From the IMG/VR virus record IMGVR_UViG_3300023213_000338: DNA of 64,000 bases. One strand, written 5' to 3'. The position numbers and the translations under genes were made by a program. The notes beneath the pieces are model-generated. The model was given only the letters and a program-made list of their open reading frames with translations, was not told where the DNA came from and searched no databases. This DNA is from a virus (Duplodnaviria; Heunggongvirae; Uroviricota; Caudoviricetes). Of this stretch, positions 1 to 9,441 are shown piece by piece (within the stretch, counting starts at the first letter, position 1; every line of letters starts with the position of its first letter).

Positions 1-2
1 AC

Positions 3-182
3 AATTAAGCAAAGAGTTAGAACTTTATACTCCGTTCTTTAAAAAAGATGCTATTATTGCTTTTGATGATATTTATGAAAACAATGGCATAAAAAGCGTA
101 TGGGAAGAAGTTATTCAGAAGTATGAGCATATGGATTTGACAGAAGAATGCCATTCTTCAGGGTGGGGAATTATTAAAGTAT
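3..182 (+). CDS. 3' end of a gene that begins upstream of the window (partial); product unknown
   Basis: Frame 3 is open from the window edge to a TGA at 180-182, read ...FDDIYENNGIKSVWEEVIQKYEHMDLTEECHSSGWGIIKV. The stop overlaps the next ATG as ATGA, indicating translational coupling. Confidence 0.4.
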
Positions 183-1008
183 GAAAAAAATATTATTTAT
201 CTACGATCACTCAAAGCCTGAACGATTAATATATGATGGCTTATGGTGTGCCTTAGAGTCATTTAATGTTAGAGGATCGGATTTCCCTGTGTATAAATGT
301 AATTTAGCATTTAATGAGGAGTTACCATTAAAAGATTTTGATTTTGTTTTAGGCTGGGGTGGTTTTGATAGTAAAGTAGACAAATTTATACAACAATTTC
401 CCAAAAAAGGTCTTTGTCTTTCAGCCCCTCTTCTTGTAAACGAAACAGCTAAAAATTATGATGTTATTTTTTATGAGACCGAAGAGGTTAAGAAATGGCT
501 TATGGTTTCAGGACTAACGAAATTAGTTCATGCTTTTGGAATAAATACGGAAATATTTGAACCCATTAAATGGGTTAAGGTTGGAGAAGAAGATTCTATC
601 GAGTTATTAAAAGTTTGGGATGTTATTTCCGTAGGTTCATTTATAGAAGCTCATAGGCAAGATAAACTATATGATATCCTTGGGAATAATATAGCCGTAG
701 GAGAAATTACGCCTGAAAATATCCAAAAATCTTTTAATTATATTGCTAATTTACTTCTTAAGGGTTGGACGGTCGCGAATTGGATTCAACAGGAAAAATT
801 AGCTCAGTTGTATAATATGAGCAAGAAATTTGTTGCTACGGCAAGTTTCGGACAGGAAAGAGCGGTACTTGAAGCAAGAGCTTGCGGAATTCCTATCGAA
901 GTTCCAAGTGATAATCCTAAGCTTAAGGAACTTCTAACTTCTCCAATTTGGGATATTCCATATTATGCTTCTCAATTGAAGAAAGGAATTGAAGAATGCT
1001 TAAAATAA
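181..1008 (+). CDS. hypothetical protein, first complete gene of a glycosyltransferase-like cluster
   Basis: 275-aa ORF with an ATG start overlapping the upstream stop. Its end overlaps the next gene by 13 nt. No motif I can name with confidence. Confidence 0.6.
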   Translation: MKKILFIYDHSKPERLIYDGLWCALESFNVRGSDFPVYKCNLAFNEELPLKDFDFVLGWGGFDSKVDKFIQQFPKKGLCLSAPLLVNETAKNYDVIFYETEEVKKWLMVSGLTKLVHAFGINTEIFEPIKWVKVGEEDSIELLKVWDVISVGSFIEAHRQDKLYDILGNNIAVGEITPENIQKSFNYIANLLLKGWTVANWIQQEKLAQLYNMSKKFVATASFGQERAVLEARACGIPIEVPSDNPKLKELLTSPIWDIPYYASQLKKGIEECLK

Positions 1009-1706
1009 GCGTAATTTCTGCCAGTAATCGAGAGGATGGGTTAGATATCGTTGCTAAAAGCCTTGCTAAGCAAACATTTAGAGACTTTGAATGGATTGTT
1101 TGTGCTCCAGTAAACAAAAAGTATTTAGGGATAACTCACGGATATATTCCAGAGCCAAAAAAAGGAAAAGAAGATTTTTATAATCTTAATAAAGCTTGGA
1201 ATGCGTTAATTAACAAGTCTCAGGGAGAACTTATCGTTTCTATTGTGGATTATACGGAGTTTCTTCCAAATATTTTGGAAATATTATGGACTCATTATAT
1301 TACGAATCCTACTACTTGCATAAGTGGAGTTGGATATCAGTTCGATGGAGATAAGCTTGTTTGGCAAGACCTAAGAATTCAGCATAAAACTTTATATCCA
1401 ATTGCTCCTGTGGATATGGAACTTCGACTTGCCTCAATTCCCAAACGAGCAATTCAAGCAGTTGGCGGATTCGATGAGGAGTATGACAAGGTTGTTGCAA
1501 ATTCCGAGAAAGAGATCGCTTTTCGCATATTCTCTTTAGGATATTTGTTTTTAATCGATGAAAGGGTAACATATAAGTTTGCTAAGCATGAACCTCATGG
1601 TAAAAAGTGGGATGAGTTATATAAAAAAAGTTGTGCTTTATTAAATCATGATCTTAATGAAATTAAAGCAGGTCATAAGTTAAAGTTGGATTTTGTAGAT
1701 CAATAA
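996..1706 (+). CDS. glycosyltransferase family 2-like protein (GT-A fold)
   Basis: The N-terminus ISVISASNREDGLDIVAKSLAKQTFRDFEWIV resembles the GT2 signature (ISVI..YN...L...L.QT..DFE.IVVDD). The gene is tightly coupled to its neighbours. Confidence 0.5.
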   Translation: MLKISVISASNREDGLDIVAKSLAKQTFRDFEWIVCAPVNKKYLGITHGYIPEPKKGKEDFYNLNKAWNALINKSQGELIVSIVDYTEFLPNILEILWTHYITNPTTCISGVGYQFDGDKLVWQDLRIQHKTLYPIAPVDMELRLASIPKRAIQAVGGFDEEYDKVVANSEKEIAFRIFSLGYLFLIDERVTYKFAKHEPHGKKWDELYKKSCALLNHDLNEIKAGHKLKLDFVDQ

Positions 1707-1707
1707 T

Positions 1708-2397
1708 ATGTTATTTGGGAAAACAAATATTGGAACGTGTTCCTATTTAGGGGGCATTATGTCGATCCCTGAGCCTTTTATGCATGCTTGGCAACAGATG
1801 ATCGAATATAATAATGATTATTTGGTTGAGCAGAATCAAAAGATTTATTACACACGAGCTACAGTTTCCTACCATTCGTTTGCTAGAGATACCTTAACAG
1901 AGAGTATGCAAGGAGATTGGATTTTGATGCTCGATACGGATATAATTTTCGAACCAGACTTGGCAGCACGGATGCTTCATAAGATGAATAAACACAATAT
2001 TGATGTTTTAACCTGTATGTACCCTTATAAAAGCTATCCCCATCCTCCTGTAATGTATGGTTATGATCCAAAGAGAAAGACAAAATTTATTCTTGGTGCT
2101 TGGGATAAAAATGCAGAGATTATGCAAATATACGCTGCTGGTGCTGGATGTCTAATGATAAGAAAAAAAGTTATTGACAAAATCAAATCCAAAGGGGAAA
2201 GCCCATTTGCGATAATTGAACCTATGTCTGAAGATCATTCTTTCTTTGAAAGGTTAAGAAAATTTAAAATTAAGGCTTATTGTGCTACAGATATTAAGAT
2301 AGAACATCTTACTTATAGATATTTAAGCGTAGAAAAAGATTATCCAAAAGAAGACATGAAGATCGGAGAAAAGATTACGGTTAGAGGGTTCAAGTAA
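1708..2397 (+). CDS. glycosyltransferase-like protein (GT-A, DxD motif)
   Basis: WILMLDTDIIFEPD carries a DxD motif in a Rossmann-like context. It starts 2 nt after the previous stop. Confidence 0.45.
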   Translation: MLFGKTNIGTCSYLGGIMSIPEPFMHAWQQMIEYNNDYLVEQNQKIYYTRATVSYHSFARDTLTESMQGDWILMLDTDIIFEPDLAARMLHKMNKHNIDVLTCMYPYKSYPHPPVMYGYDPKRKTKFILGAWDKNAEIMQIYAAGAGCLMIRKKVIDKIKSKGESPFAIIEPMSEDHSFFERLRKFKIKAYCATDIKIEHLTYRYLSVEKDYPKEDMKIGEKITVRGFK

Positions 2398-2400
2398 GGC

Positions 2401-2429
2401 TTGACAAATAATTTGTAGTGTGTTTTAAT
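2401..2429 (+). promoter_or_regulatory. sigma70-type promoter TTGACA-N17-TTTAAT
   Basis: TTGACA at 2401-2406, a 17-nt spacer, then TTTAAT at 2424-2429, immediately after the upstream stop. The same architecture recurs at 8060, 12955, 15061 and 26656. Confidence 0.5.
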
Positions 2430-2466
2430 CAAGAAAACTAAGCATTAGCGAGCACCGTTATGCGAA

Positions 2467-2495
2467 GATCAATTAGAAATAATTGGTCTTTTTTT
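2467..2495 (+). terminator. leader hairpin with U7 tract between promoter and start codon (attenuator or terminator-like)
   Basis: The stem gatcaatta/taattggtc (9 bp, one GU) has a gaaa loop and is followed by TTTTTTT. It is preceded by the conserved leader box aagCATtAGCGAGcACCGTTAT at 2440-2462. Confidence 0.45.
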
Positions 2496-2506
2496 GTGCT
2501 TAAATT

Positions 2507-2935
2507 ATGGCAAAGATTAGAGATGTAAAAACAGGAAGGTTTTTAGCTACTCCTCCGCTTTTGTGCATGGATTGTCAAAACCCTAGAAGTAGGGCTTTAA
2601 GCAGTAAAAGGTGTCGCTCCTGTTCCTCGAAGTTAACGGCTAAAAATTTGGGTAAGTATGCAACTAAAGGATTTTTAATAGGAGAGAAAAATTATAAGTG
2701 GAAAGGCGATAAAGTTGGCTATTACTCTCTTCATAATTGGCTAAAAAGAGAATTGGGTAAACCTATGTTTTGTGCTAAAAATATGTCTCATGTTGCTCCT
2801 CTTTATCATTGGGCTAATATTAGCGGTGAATATCTTAGAGATTTAAGTGATTGGCATTCACTTTGTCCTAGTTGCAATAAAACAGATGGGGTTAAAAAAG
2901 CAGACAGATTTACTTTAGAAAGGATGGTAATTTAA
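2507..2935 (+). CDS. zinc-finger/HNH-like endonuclease (possible free-standing homing endonuclease)
   Basis: 142 aa with a CMDCQNP...CRSC zinc ribbon at the N-terminus and LHNW...H...WHSLCPSCNK at the C-terminus, an HNH-like histidine/asparagine/Cys arrangement. Confidence 0.4.
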   Translation: MAKIRDVKTGRFLATPPLLCMDCQNPRSRALSSKRCRSCSSKLTAKNLGKYATKGFLIGEKNYKWKGDKVGYYSLHNWLKRELGKPMFCAKNMSHVAPLYHWANISGEYLRDLSDWHSLCPSCNKTDGVKKADRFTLERMVI

Positions 2936-2936
2936 T

Positions 2937-3320
2937 TTGGCAACGACATCAACACCAGTATTAGCTTGGACAGCATCTTTAATCGGCTCCTCAACAGGAG
3001 CTAATCAATCTGCTTCTCTTACAACCACTGTTAATATTACCCAAGGATGGGAGATTCAAATTCCAGTTAAAGTCCAATTCTCGAATGTTAGTGCCGATGC
3101 GGTTATTAACGCTTATCCATCAAACGATGGAGGGAATGCTTTTGACGGAAATCCAGCCTTCTCTATTTCAGTGGCTCGTGTTTCAGGAGGAGGAGCTACT
3201 CAAACTTCTATTCGTCTTCCAGTAGGTCAGTACGCTTTACAGCTACTTAATTCAGGCCCAAGTAGTGCAACTTTCCAAGTGCTGACCCAGATGGTAATTA
3301 CTGCTATTGTAAACCAGTAA
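2937..3320 (+). CDS. small virion/tail-associated protein (hypothetical)
   Basis: 127-aa ORF with a TTG start, S/T/A-rich and beta-rich in composition. It lies directly upstream of the fibre genes. Confidence 0.45.
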   Translation: MATTSTPVLAWTASLIGSSTGANQSASLTTTVNITQGWEIQIPVKVQFSNVSADAVINAYPSNDGGNAFDGNPAFSISVARVSGGGATQTSIRLPVGQYALQLLNSGPSSATFQVLTQMVITAIVNQ

Positions 3321-3410
3321 ATCTCAGTAAATCTTATGAAATACTTAAACTATATTTTAAAAACGCTTCCAAGCCTTCTTAGTACATAGTCTTGGGAGTA
3401 ATCCAAGACT

Positions 3411-5060
3411 ATGGGTAAATTTTTAGATTTTCCACAACAAGTTACTAAAATTATTACTTCTCAAACATGGGTAGTTCCAATTGGAATAACACAAGTTACT
3501 TTTGAGGCTTGGGGGGGTGGAGGAGGAGGCGGAGGCTCTGATGGAGTAGATGGGGGTTCGGGAGGAGGTGGAGGTGCTTATTCTAGAAAATTTAATGTAA
3601 ATGTTATGCCTGGTCAAAGGTTTACGATTACTATTGGATCAGGCGGATCAGGCGGAGCGGGTGGAAGCGGAAATGATGGAACAGCAGGTCAGGATACAAC
3701 TATTACTCAAAGTTCAACAAAAACTATAGTTTTAGCAAAAGCAGGAGCATTAGGTGGAGGAGGAGGGCCTATTAATCCTGGTGGAGCAGGTGGAAGTGCA
3801 AGTAGTTGTATAGGAGATATTGCTTTTAGCGGAGGTACAGGAGCTTCAAATCCTAGCGAAGGAGGAGGAGGAGGAGGAAGTGGAGGAAACAATGGTCAAG
3901 GAGGAGATACTACTACCAGCACGGGAGGGTCAGGTGGAGCAAATAATGGAAGTAACGGTGCTAATGGAGGAAATCCTGGAGGAACAGGAATTCTACCAGG
4001 ATCAGGGGGTGGGGGAGGTAATGTATCAGGTAGTGCAACGGGAGGGAATGGTGCTTCTGGACAAGTAAATATTATTTATAGATATTCTTTTCTTCACACA
4101 ATAGGACGTTTAATTGGATCTCTAGGAGTAGTAATAGCTCAAAAAGTAGGAGAGACAGAGCGTCCTACCTCACAGATTATTATCGATAAAGTCTTTCAAG
4201 GACAAAAAGCAGCAGTAGCTTTATCCACAGTCACTTTAAATATGGATGTCAATATTCCTTCTCAAGATGCCGATCTTATTGTTACTGGAGGTTCAGTTAT
4301 AGCAACAGGAGCAGCTTGGTCTTCAGTTACTCTTAACGGTACTCCTCTTACCAAACTTGTCCAAACAGGAGTTACGGGTCAATCTGCTGAAATTTGGTGG
4401 ACTCCCAGACCAGGAGTTGGAACAAAAACTCTTAAAATAGTCTCTGGAACTGGGGGGGAAATAAATGTCAATGCCATGATAGTTCTGGGGCTGGATAATA
4501 GGGATATTAATATCATAACAGCTTCAGCAACAGATGCAGCAACAACTTCAACGATTTCAAATACCGTAACTCCAGATGCAGCAAATTGTCTTATTGTTGA
4601 CTGTTTAACATCCCTAGATGCAACAGCTACTCCTGTTCCAGATCAGCTTCAAACTCAAGTTTTTAATGCCAACCAACTTGTCGGTAGCGAATATGTGATG
4701 TCTACTTATAAAATAGGACAGGTTGGTTCTCAAAAAATGAGTTGGAATTTATCAGCCTCAGTTAACGCTTCGTTGGTTACGGCAGTTTTTAGACCAGCAC
4801 AAGCTGCTTCTATTTGGTTTCCTAATATTGATTTAAGAACTATAGATGATACAGTTACGACAGCAGGATTGGATGCTGAAGTTAATCCTGCTTTTGGTAA
4901 TTATGGGTACAAAGCTCCAACTTTTTGGAAGAATTCTTTTTTTCAGACTGTAGGTAGGATAAAAAGTGGCACTCCTTCTTTTATATGGCAACAGCTTATT
5001 GGCTCTGGGCAAGAAATTCCTAGAGAAAATCTCGATAAAACGGAGGTGATAAATTATTAA
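3411..5060 (+). CDS. glycine-rich tail fibre-like protein
   Basis: 549 aa with long Gly runs (GGGGGGGSDGVDGGSGGGGGA, GGGGGGSGGNNGQGGD) in the N-terminal half and a beta-rich C-terminal half. It is followed by a LamG protein. Confidence 0.6.
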   Translation: MGKFLDFPQQVTKIITSQTWVVPIGITQVTFEAWGGGGGGGGSDGVDGGSGGGGGAYSRKFNVNVMPGQRFTITIGSGGSGGAGGSGNDGTAGQDTTITQSSTKTIVLAKAGALGGGGGPINPGGAGGSASSCIGDIAFSGGTGASNPSEGGGGGGSGGNNGQGGDTTTSTGGSGGANNGSNGANGGNPGGTGILPGSGGGGGNVSGSATGGNGASGQVNIIYRYSFLHTIGRLIGSLGVVIAQKVGETERPTSQIIIDKVFQGQKAAVALSTVTLNMDVNIPSQDADLIVTGGSVIATGAAWSSVTLNGTPLTKLVQTGVTGQSAEIWWTPRPGVGTKTLKIVSGTGGEINVNAMIVLGLDNRDINIITASATDAATTSTISNTVTPDAANCLIVDCLTSLDATATPVPDQLQTQVFNANQLVGSEYVMSTYKIGQVGSQKMSWNLSASVNASLVTAVFRPAQAASIWFPNIDLRTIDDTVTTAGLDAEVNPAFGNYGYKAPTFWKNSFFQTVGRIKSGTPSFIWQQLIGSGQEIPRENLDKTEVINY

Positions 5061-5062
5061 AT

Positions 5063-5968
5063 ATGGCTTTAACAGATGGTTTAGTAGCTTATTATTCGTT
5101 TGATGAGAATACAGGAACATTAGTAAACGACCGTTCTAATAATGGTAATTCAGGAATGTGGACAGGAAGCTTAGGCTCTCAATGGTTAACAAAAGGTAAA
5201 ATAAATAGTGCAGGAGTTTTTAATGGAAATGATAGTTATATTAATGTGCCAGATTCTGCAAGCGTTGAATTTACCGGTGATTTTTCAATTTCTGTATGGC
5301 TTAATCCTTCATCTACCCAAAGTGCTTTTTTTGAGGTGATCCGTAAAGAAAGTTTAGCTCAGAATAATGGATATGGAATTGAGCAAAAGGGAGTAGCCAA
5401 TAGTTTAGTTCTTCAAGCTGGATGGAAAAATTCTACAGGAAATGGCGGATGGGGAACTGACCTTCTTACACTTACCGCAAGCGTATGGAATCATGTTGTT
5501 ATAACAAAATCAGGTACAACTTTAAAAGCCTATCTTAATGGCACATTGCAAACAACGGTCACAGGAACAAATGGCGCAACGATTGATACATCCACCGCAG
5601 CATTACAAATGGGAAATTGGACTCAGCAATCAAACAGAGAATATAAGGGCGTAATGGATGAGGTGGGATTTTGGAATAGAAGTCTAGTTTCTTTTGAAGT
5701 AGCGAAATTATATAATAACGGCTCTGGTTTGCCATATCCTTTTGTCTACAATCAATTTGCAGTTGGAATATATGGATATAATCCCAATTTTCAAGGACAA
5801 AATTCTTATTCTCAAGGTTTAGGTTGGCAATCATCTTTTTTACAAACTATTGGTAGATTAAGAGTAACTACTTCAGGAGTAGTTACTCCTGTATCCAACA
5901 ATGTCATATATGCGGTATCAGCACCTAATACAATTGTTGGGATAAAAGATTCTATAGTCTCTTACTAA
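5063..5968 (+). CDS. LamG/concanavalin-like lectin-fold protein (putative receptor-binding protein)
   Basis: FDENTGTLVNDRSNNGNSG...NGNDSYINVPDSASVEFTGDFSISVWLNPS has the typical LamG_3 beta-sandwich signature. It starts 3 nt after the fibre gene. Confidence 0.6.
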   Translation: MALTDGLVAYYSFDENTGTLVNDRSNNGNSGMWTGSLGSQWLTKGKINSAGVFNGNDSYINVPDSASVEFTGDFSISVWLNPSSTQSAFFEVIRKESLAQNNGYGIEQKGVANSLVLQAGWKNSTGNGGWGTDLLTLTASVWNHVVITKSGTTLKAYLNGTLQTTVTGTNGATIDTSTAALQMGNWTQQSNREYKGVMDEVGFWNRSLVSFEVAKLYNNGSGLPYPFVYNQFAVGIYGYNPNFQGQNSYSQGLGWQSSFLQTIGRLRVTTSGVVTPVSNNVIYAVSAPNTIVGIKDSIVSY

Positions 5969-5969
5969 T

Positions 5970-8063
5970 ATGGCAAAGAGGATACAGTATCAAGGACTTT
6001 CAGTTGTTCCTCCAACTTCTGGAACTCATAGTTGGTTGGAAGTTGTATCTGTTGATAGGTTTCAACCAATCGTTCCTACTCCACCTCAAAGCAATTGGCA
6101 AAAAGCTCTTCTCTATTCTGTAGCAGCAATTGCTCCTTTTTTGTTTTTTGTTGCTCCTCCAACAGGTCAATCATCTTTTCCAGAAAGCGTAACGGCTGAT
6201 CGTTGGCATCCAGCTATCGAGCAACCGATAGCGAAAATTCGTCCAATCGATCAAAGGCAATATACTTATCCAAACTTTTTTTTTACAGAAAACTCTTTTG
6301 CCGAGACTGTATCTGTAGATAGGTGGCAGGGAAGTAAGCCAGACATAATTTGGGATCTTGAACGAACACAGTATACCTATCCTAGTTTTTTTCACGATCC
6401 TATTCCAATTACCATTATTTCTCCTATTCTTGCTTCGGATGTAGCAATTACTTACCCGAGAACAACTCAATATCAAAGCCACTTTAAGCCTGTTCTTCCT
6501 CCAAGCGAAGTTATTACTTTAGATAAATGGATTGGTCAAAAACCAGATTTTGGAGGAAGACTACAAAATTTCACTTATACCTATCCATATTTCTCAATTG
6601 ACACAAAACAGCTTGCTCAACCAGAAAGAACCACTCCAGATAAATGGCTGGGATATCATCCAAATATTATTTTTGATCTAAAACGCCAACAATTCACTTA
6701 CCCATCTGAGTTTAGAACAGATATCCTTACTCCAGTGTCTGAACCGATTAATTCAGATTCCTACCATCCAGACATAATATTTGACCTGAAGCGTCAACAA
6801 TATACTTATCCGACCCTCTTCTTTACAGAAAACTCTTTTGCCGAGACTGTATCTGTAGATAGGTGGCAGGGAAGTAAGCCAGACATAATTTGGGATTTGA
6901 AAAAGACTCAATTTGATTATCCAAATAGTTTTTTCACAGAATTATCTGCAAAAACAATTACTGTTGACCAATGGCTTACTCCCACAGAGCAACCTGTAAA
7001 AACCACTCCAATAACCGTACATTTACAACAATCGCTTATTTTTACTTCTATTCCGATAACAATTATTACGCCTATAGGAAACGAGAATAATGTTAATATT
7101 GTTTATCCAAGAGTAACTCAATATCAAGGAAGCTTTAATCCTGTTCTTCCTCCAGCCGAAGTTATTACTGTTGACAAATGGAGTGGACACAAGCCCGACA
7201 TAATTTGGGATCTAAAAAGGCTACAATTTACTTATCCCAATTTCTTTTTTACAGAAATATTTTTTCCAGAAACTGTCCTTATAGACAAAACTCCTCCTCA
7301 ATATCCAGATTTTATTTTTGATCTAAAACGCCAACAATTCACTTACCCATCTGAGTTTAGAACAGATATCCTTACTCCAGTGTCTGAACCGATTAATTCA
7401 GATTCCTACCATCCAGACATAATATTTGACCTGAAGCGTCAACAATATACTTATCCATCTGAATTTAGAATAGATTTATTTCCTCCTTCAGCAGAAGTTA
7501 TCAATGCCTTTAGCTATCACCCAGATATAATTTTCGATTTAAGAAGACAACAATATACATATCCCTTCTTTGTTATCGATCCAACTCTTACATTAGAAAG
7601 AGTTTCTATTGATAAATGGCAACCACAAATTCCAGATTTAATCTTTGATCTAAAAAGACAGCAATTTATCTATCCACATTTCTTTTTCACAGAACGCTCT
7701 TTTTTGGAAACTATATTTATAGATAAATGGTATGGAAGTAAACCAGACATAATTTGGGATTTGAAAAGATTGCAATATTTGTATCCAAGTTGGATGCCAA
7801 TTGATCCTCTTCAACTTACGAAAAAAGAAAATATTACGGTTGATAAATGGTTTAAGGAGACAGAAAAACCAGTTTGGGATATTCAAAGACTACAATACAT
7901 GTATCCTTCATGGTCTCCAATTGATCCATTAGCAATGCTTCAAAAAGGACAAAAAGCAACTCCAAAGCTTATCTTGGTAGACGGGGAATTGGCACTTCTT
8001 CTTCTTGACCCCTCAACAGGTTTTAAATATTATACCCTTTTAACAGGCCTTGATATTAGTTGA
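5970..8063 (+). CDS. tail-associated protein built of ~12 degenerate tandem repeats (D+W.G.KPDIIWDLKR.QYTYP..FF)
   Basis: 697 aa with a repeating ~40-aa unit. Two exact DNA duplications lie inside the gene (6289-6363 = 6829-6903; ~6655-6800 = ~7305-7450). Confidence 0.65.
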   Translation: MAKRIQYQGLSVVPPTSGTHSWLEVVSVDRFQPIVPTPPQSNWQKALLYSVAAIAPFLFFVAPPTGQSSFPESVTADRWHPAIEQPIAKIRPIDQRQYTYPNFFFTENSFAETVSVDRWQGSKPDIIWDLERTQYTYPSFFHDPIPITIISPILASDVAITYPRTTQYQSHFKPVLPPSEVITLDKWIGQKPDFGGRLQNFTYTYPYFSIDTKQLAQPERTTPDKWLGYHPNIIFDLKRQQFTYPSEFRTDILTPVSEPINSDSYHPDIIFDLKRQQYTYPTLFFTENSFAETVSVDRWQGSKPDIIWDLKKTQFDYPNSFFTELSAKTITVDQWLTPTEQPVKTTPITVHLQQSLIFTSIPITIITPIGNENNVNIVYPRVTQYQGSFNPVLPPAEVITVDKWSGHKPDIIWDLKRLQFTYPNFFFTEIFFPETVLIDKTPPQYPDFIFDLKRQQFTYPSEFRTDILTPVSEPINSDSYHPDIIFDLKRQQYTYPSEFRIDLFPPSAEVINAFSYHPDIIFDLRRQQYTYPFFVIDPTLTLERVSIDKWQPQIPDLIFDLKRQQFIYPHFFFTERSFLETIFIDKWYGSKPDIIWDLKRLQYLYPSWMPIDPLQLTKKENITVDKWFKETEKPVWDIQRLQYMYPSWSPIDPLAMLQKGQKATPKLILVDGELALLLLDPSTGFKYYTLLTGLDIS

Positions 8064-8088
8064 CATTTAAAATGAGGTATGTTTTAAT
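8060..8088 (+). promoter_or_regulatory. sigma70-type promoter TTGACA-N17-TTTAAT
   Basis: TTGACA at 8060-8065 overlaps the stop of the upstream gene. A 17-nt spacer precedes TTTAAT at 8083-8088. Confidence 0.5.
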
Positions 8089-8129
8089 CAAATCAATTGT
8101 TACCACGAGATAAGCATTGTCCGTGGCGA

Positions 8130-8158
8130 CCCAATTACATTTGTAATTGGGTTTTTTT
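8130..8158 (+). terminator. leader hairpin with U7 tract (intrinsic terminator or attenuator)
   Basis: The 10-bp stem cccaattaca/tgtaattggg has a tt loop and is followed by TTTTTTT. It is preceded by the small hairpin ccacg-N13-cgtgg, which contains ataagcatt. Confidence 0.55.
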
Positions 8159-8183
8159 ATTGCTTGGAAGGAGGTGAATTAAA

Positions 8184-9242
8184 TTGACAAAAATTATAAA
8201 CCTTTGGGGATCAACAGGGGCAAATTATTACACAGACGATACAACAGGAGCAGCATTTACATTTACAGGTTCTGGAGTTACAGAATCTTTGCTTTTGTCT
8301 CAAGTTAGTGTAGGAGCGAATGCTACAGTTGCACCATTGAGAATAATCGCTTCGACGGCATCACAGGTTGTGTTGAGCGTTTCAGGCGTGTTCATCTCAA
8401 CAGCCTCGATTAATGTGGCTGCAAGTGCAACAGCGTTCGTTATTCCCGTATTGACGTTGCGGGCTCTATTAGTAATAATAGATGAGAAAGTTCGAGAATT
8501 CGGTGGAAAACTCTTTGAGTCAATACCGAGCCTTGCAAGAGGTGTAGAGACTATGTACGAACTAACCTTGCAAAAGGTTAAAGATATAGTCCGAACTCCA
8601 ATGCGAATTGGAGAATTAAGTAGAAATAACTTAATCCTAGTTAATAAAATGAATAAAAAGATTTGTACTGTTTGTAATAAAGAATTCTCTAAACCTAGTA
8701 GAAGAGGTTATAAACAATGGGTAAAACAAAAAACTTGTTCTTATAAATGCTATTATGGCCGAACAGTTTCAAAAGAAACAAAATTAAGAATGAGTATTGC
8801 TCATAAGGGAAAACCTAACGCAGGATACTTTACGAAAGAAAGAGTTACTACTTTGGAATGGAGACAAAAGCTTTCTAGGGCTGGAAAAGGTAAAAAAAAG
8901 ACTAAAGAACATATTAGAAAAATCTTACAGAGAAGAACATTTTCTAATTTAGAATTAAAATTTCAATCTTTTATTGACAAATATAATCTCCCTTATAAAT
9001 TTGTTGGTAACGGTAATTTTTTTATCGAAAATATTAATCCAGACTTTGTAAATACAAATGGACAGGAAAAGGCAATTGAGGTTTATTATCAAAAGCATAA
9101 AGAAATGTTTAGAAATAAATCTATTAATGAATGGAGACGAGAACGAAGTAATATTTTTCAAAGATATGGATGGGATATATTATTTATTGAAGCAAAGGAA
9201 TTATCAGAAAAATATATTCTTGAGACCTTCGTTAAAAATTAA
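8184..9242 (+). CDS. homing-endonuclease-like protein (Cys4 zinc finger + NUMOD3-like motif + DUF559/Vsr-like nuclease domain) fused in-frame to an N-terminal hydrophobic A/V/S-rich segment
   Basis: NKKICTVCNKEF...CSYKCYYG is a zinc ribbon and ETKLRMSIAHKGK is NUMOD3-like. The C-terminus FFIENINPDFVNTNGQEKAIEVYYQKHK...YGWDILFIE matches the DUF559/Vsr-like topology and is paralogous to ORF 10181-10954. The TTG start and N-terminal ~115 aa may be a separate or ancestral structural-gene segment. Confidence 0.5.
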   Translation: MTKIINLWGSTGANYYTDDTTGAAFTFTGSGVTESLLLSQVSVGANATVAPLRIIASTASQVVLSVSGVFISTASINVAASATAFVIPVLTLRALLVIIDEKVREFGGKLFESIPSLARGVETMYELTLQKVKDIVRTPMRIGELSRNNLILVNKMNKKICTVCNKEFSKPSRRGYKQWVKQKTCSYKCYYGRTVSKETKLRMSIAHKGKPNAGYFTKERVTTLEWRQKLSRAGKGKKKTKEHIRKILQRRTFSNLELKFQSFIDKYNLPYKFVGNGNFFIENINPDFVNTNGQEKAIEVYYQKHKEMFRNKSINEWRRERSNIFQRYGWDILFIEAKELSEKYILETFVKN

Positions 9243-9441
9243 TTTAACTAGAGTAACAAATTTGATATCATCAATCACAAGGAATTTACGGATTCATTAA
9301 CGTTAGTAAAGGCGTTTCATAGAGATCGGAAATACCAGTTTGTGTTTTTCTTCTGTCTCACCAGTTGGGACAGGGATAAAAACAGAAAAGTAGATATATA
9401 TATGATTCCTTGGAACAAAAATAAAAAGGAGGTAGATTAGA

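Noticed and set aside
3423-4068. Antisense and alternate-frame ORFs inside the Gly-rich fibre gene (3423-3617 minus, 3707-3892 minus PPPP-rich, 3820-4068 plus E-rich).
   Set aside because: They are compositional artefacts of GGN-rich DNA. They are fully contained in a long, well-supported ORF.
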